Shown: positions 60,176 to 64,000 of the stretch, piece by piece
Position numbering within the stretch: the first letter of the stretch is position 1
Layout of the letters: each line of letters opens with the position of its first letter
NCBI GenBank assembly: GCA_001600695.1
Contig: BCKQ01000007.1
Coordinates: 185,703-249,702 of the forward strand
Length of the DNA stretch: 64,000 nucleotides
Origin: Ascoidea asiatica JCM 7603
Taxonomy: Eukaryota; Fungi; Ascomycota
Direction: 5' to 3'
Position numbers and translations under genes: made by a program
Notes under the pieces: model-generated
Databases searched by the model: none
The model's input: the letters and a program-made list of their open reading frames with translations, nothing else
What the model was told of the DNA's origin: nothing

Positions 60176-61907
60176 TTTTGAAATTTTTGAATTGTATCAT
60201 TTATAAGTCCTTGATAATCAGTTGATATAACAATTAACTATGTTTTTGTATATTAATATGGATGTATTGTATTAAATAAACAATTATAATGAATTATTAG
60301 TAAAATGAGTATCAGTTGCATAGATTCTAGTCTCCTTCTTATTGTTGTTATTTCTGTTCCAGTTGTATCATTTCTATTTCTATTTCTCTTTCTCAAATGG
60401 CTCCATGGCGAAATGGAAGTACGCTGCTTCAGCGACAGTCAAATTTGCACGGTGTACGGATGTGCAGGTTCCTCATTGGGGTTCAGCGGCACTGAGTGGC
60501 TGGTAAATAATTAAAGGCTAATATACACGTGCAGTCATGTGACTTTTTATTTTTTGGGCTTCTACTTTTGGAACTTAGCCGACTGTGGCTAGATGTGGCT
60601 GTAACCCTCGATAATCTTCTCCTCTTTTTTTTTTTTTGAATCACGAGGTCTTTTTGCAAGTTGAATTTCTTCATTGGGATCAAACCGGAAAGGGCGTCGT
60701 ACCGACAAATTAACTGCTTAAACGGGTTGCAGATGGTCACATGTCTGGTTAAATGCGTGGCCTCAATGCACTTAAATTGCTCTTTGCTTTAATTGCACTG
60801 TAATTTCTTTTGTTTTTCTCTTATTTGCAACATGTAAGTTTCTTTTTCGGGCCGTTGAAACGGTGGGATTACCCTATTTGCGGCAATTCTAATATTAGTT
60901 ATTTAATTACATAAGTAATTAGATAATCAATATTTCACTCAATTTATCATTTTATTTGCTAATTAATCAATTAATTAATCAATTAATTAATTAGTTGCGA
61001 GTCAATTAACGTGACGCAAAGTTCTTGAAACGGCGTGTGTATTTGCAACCGGCAATATTTTCACGTCACTCTGCTTTACAATGCGTCACAAAGCGCTTCT
61101 TTCACCAACCAGAGCCAACCACATACCACTCCACATACAACCACCAGTCCACATACCGCTCCATGAACAAATATTAAATAATATTTTGAAGTTGCCGGTA
61201 CTGTGATCAAAAAGACTTTTATTGTTTGTTATTATCTTCTTCTTCATCATAATAATAATAATAATAATAATAATAAAATTTCACCTCGTCAGCGTTGGGT
61301 AAATGAAGACTTCAAATTTCTATCTTTCCATCTTTTGCAACATTTTCTTACATCTGACACAACAACTCTTCAATATATTTCATTTCTCATACTCAAATTC
61401 AATACTAATACGAATAATTTATTTATCAAGTATCCCATTATTCTAATAATCAAATAGTAATCTAATAATTTAGTAATTAAATATCTAATATTTGATAACT
61501 TGTATCTAATAATCTTTTGAACCTCTTTTTTGTCCTCTTCATCTTCCCTTCTCATTCTTATTTGATTTTGATTCTGACTTTTATCTTGTGTTATCTTTTA
61601 TTCTCATTCTCAGTTTAATTATCATCCTCACTTTCACTGTTTATTTTTTATTCTTGCTCTTATTATTATTCTCATTATCTATTAGATATCATTTATCATT
61701 TATCATATTTATATTTACTTTCTTTTTTTCTTTCTTTTTTTATCATTTCGTTCTCATCATTATCAATATCAACACGATATCAACAATACAATTCAAAACA
61801 TAATCATCAATATAAACAATATAAACAATATAAACAATTTATATATTATAAAATAACATAAACAATATAATCAATATATAATAATATAAAATAAGAAATA
61901 ATATAAA

Positions 61908-63407
61908 ATGAGTAATAGAGCTATAATATCACAGCTAACAAATAATAGATCTTCAATTCATTCATCAAAATCCTCAAATAATAATAATAATTCAAATTCA
62001 ATTGTTGGTTTACATTATAAAATTGGTAAAAAAATTGGTGAAGGTTCATTTGGAGTAATATTTGAAGGTGTAAATGTTATAAATAATTCTCCAGTTGCAA
62101 TTAAATTTGAACCAAGAAAAACTGAAGCTCCTCAATTAAGAGATGAATATAAAACTTATAAATATCTTTCAAATTTAAAAGGTATTCCAAAATCTTATTA
62201 TTTTGGTCAAGAAGGTTTACATAATATTTTAGTTATTGATCTTTTAGGTCCTTCTTTAGAAGATTTATTTGATTGGTGTGGTAGAAGATTTTCTGTTAAA
62301 ACAACTGTACAAATTGCAATTCAAATGTTAAATTTAATTGAAACTTTACATAAAAGAGATTTAATTTATAGAGATATTAAACCTGATAATTTTTTAATTG
62401 GTAGAAAAAATTCTGTTGATGAAAATGAAATACATTTAATTGATTTTGGTATGGCAAAATTATATAGAGATCAAAGAACTAAACAACATATTCCATATAG
62501 AGAAAAAAAATCTTTAAGTGGTACTGCAAGATATATGTCAATAAATACTCATCTTGGTAGAGAACAATCAAGAAGAGATGATTTAGAATCTTTAGGTCAT
62601 GTATTTTTTTATTTCTTAAGAGGTCAATTACCTTGGCAAGGTTTAAAAGCTGCTTCAAATAAATTAAAATATGAAAAAATTGGTGAAAAAAAAAGATCAT
62701 CACCAGTTTTAGAATTATGTGCAGGTTTTCCAAGACAATTTGCTCAATATTTAGAATTAGTTAGATCTTTACCATTTGATGCAGATCCAGATTATAATCA
62801 TTATAGAAAATTATTTTTATCTGTTTTAGATGATATAGGTGAAAAACCAGATGGACAATATGATTGGATGAAATTAAATAATGGTAAAGGATGGGATTTT
62901 CAAGTTAATAAAAAACCAAATTTACATGGTTATGGACATCCAACACCACCTGCAGAAAGAAATAATAATGGAATTCATAATAGACATAGTCAAAGAAAAC
63001 AAGCTTTGGCAAATATTCCTGCTCAATTACAATCTTCAAATCAAATTCATAATTCAAGTTCAAATATTAAAAATAATAATATAATGTCAAATAATTTAAA
63101 TCAAAAACAATTACCACCACAACCACAATCTTCTCCTCAAGCTTTACGTAATTCCAGATCAAATATTCAACCAAATTCTCAAAATAATCTTAATTATATT
63201 CAAAATTTTAATGGTAATTTATCAAATGCTAATAAAAATCAATCAAATATTTCAAATAATCAAAATGGTAGTGGTAATATTACTAAAACCAATTCAAAAG
63301 AATTAAATGCTGCAAAAATTAGAGCTAATCAAAGTAATAAAATTAATCAAAATGATGATGTTAATTCAAATCAAGGTAAAAAAAAAAGATTTTTATGTTG
63401 TTTTTAA
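61908..63407 (+). CDS. YCK2: Casein kinase I, plasma-membrane Yck1/Yck2 type
   Basis: IVGLHYKIGKKIGEGSFG, LLGPSLEDLF, YRDIKPDNF, SLSGTARYMSINTH, EQSRRDDLE, KKPNLHGYGHP; C-terminal Cys-Cys (FLCCF) palmitoylation site. Confidence 0.93.
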   Translation: MSNRAIISQLTNNRSSIHSSKSSNNNNNSNSIVGLHYKIGKKIGEGSFGVIFEGVNVINNSPVAIKFEPRKTEAPQLRDEYKTYKYLSNLKGIPKSYYFGQEGLHNILVIDLLGPSLEDLFDWCGRRFSVKTTVQIAIQMLNLIETLHKRDLIYRDIKPDNFLIGRKNSVDENEIHLIDFGMAKLYRDQRTKQHIPYREKKSLSGTARYMSINTHLGREQSRRDDLESLGHVFFYFLRGQLPWQGLKAASNKLKYEKIGEKKRSSPVLELCAGFPRQFAQYLELVRSLPFDADPDYNHYRKLFLSVLDDIGEKPDGQYDWMKLNNGKGWDFQVNKKPNLHGYGHPTPPAERNNNGIHNRHSQRKQALANIPAQLQSSNQIHNSSSNIKNNNIMSNNLNQKQLPPQPQSSPQALRNSRSNIQPNSQNNLNYIQNFNGNLSNANKNQSNISNNQNGSGNITKTNSKELNAAKIRANQSNKINQNDDVNSNQGKKKRFLCCF

Positions 63408-64000
63408 GAATAAATTTTTTTTTCTTAAAATTAATTTTGAACATTATTAATAATCTTTTCTTTTCTCTCTTTTTTTTCTATTTTACATTTGGTTTTTAAT
63501 TCATTGGTTCTTTTTACCTTATTTATTTATTTATTTTTACTTAAATTTATTTAAATTATATTTTATTAAATAATTATTTCAATTTTGATTCTTCTTTTGT
63601 GTTTCTTTCCAGAAAGAATTCAATTACATTTCATTGCTTTTAATTACTTATCAAATTCAACTTAACAATCAATGATGAAATATAATTTTTGAATTTGAAT
63701 AATGATTCAGTTTTAATTTTATCAAAAAAAAAAAAAAATAATCATCTCATAAACTTATTATAAACTTATTCTAATTTAATAAAAATTATTTGAATTTAAC
63801 TTGGTTAATTAAATTTATAAAAATTTGACATTATTTCAAACAATAGTTTTTAATCATATCTATTAATATAACATTCCTTTTTATTTTTATATAAACCTCA
63901 TTTTTTTATAATTTTTTTTTTAATTTTTTTTTATCACAAACTTTTTTTATTATAATATTTTGTTAATAGTTTTATTTTTTATTTTTTATTTTCTATTTTT

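Noticed and set aside
60399-60485. tRNA-like stretch with GGCTCCA/TGGGGTT ends, TGGCGAAATGG A-box-like segment and a TT-CAG loop
   Set aside because: The anticodon stem overlaps the D stem, the acceptor stem needs three G-U pairs, and there is no TTCRA T-loop or B box. Most likely GC-rich promoter DNA; tRNAscan-SE would settle it.

Overview
Eukaryotic, very AT-rich budding-yeast (Saccharomycotina) chromosomal segment. Evidence: a spliceosomal intron with TACTAAC branch point, Asn/Gln homopolymer-rich proteins and short GC-rich promoter islands. An Ascoidea-like origin is a guess, not shown. Gene order: 5'-truncated Ser/Thr-rich GPI adhesin, PTC2/3, alcohol acetyltransferase family gene, RIM8, intron-containing RPS23, HPR1, DCP1, MPE1, a Zn2Cys6 transcription factor, YFH1, UBP1, PUB1, DCW1, then a ~17 kb gene-poor accessory island (38.6-56.1 kb), then PAT1 and YCK1/2. 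The island is the most interesting part. It holds two tandem YNL234W-like globin paralogues with reciprocal heme-pocket substitutions, a perfect 30-bp palindrome, a disrupted ~337-codon gene made of two degenerate integrase-N-terminal-like repeats behind a GTTTCAATT repeat array, and a small conserved Cys/His protein. Other points: a Tbf1/Cbf1-type RPS23 promoter, a recurring GCTCCATG promoter motif that opens short ORFs, a TTAGGGCCA array inside the zinc cluster, and three exact 135-bp repeats in PAT1. No rRNA, canonical tRNA, CRISPR array or intact transposon was seen.
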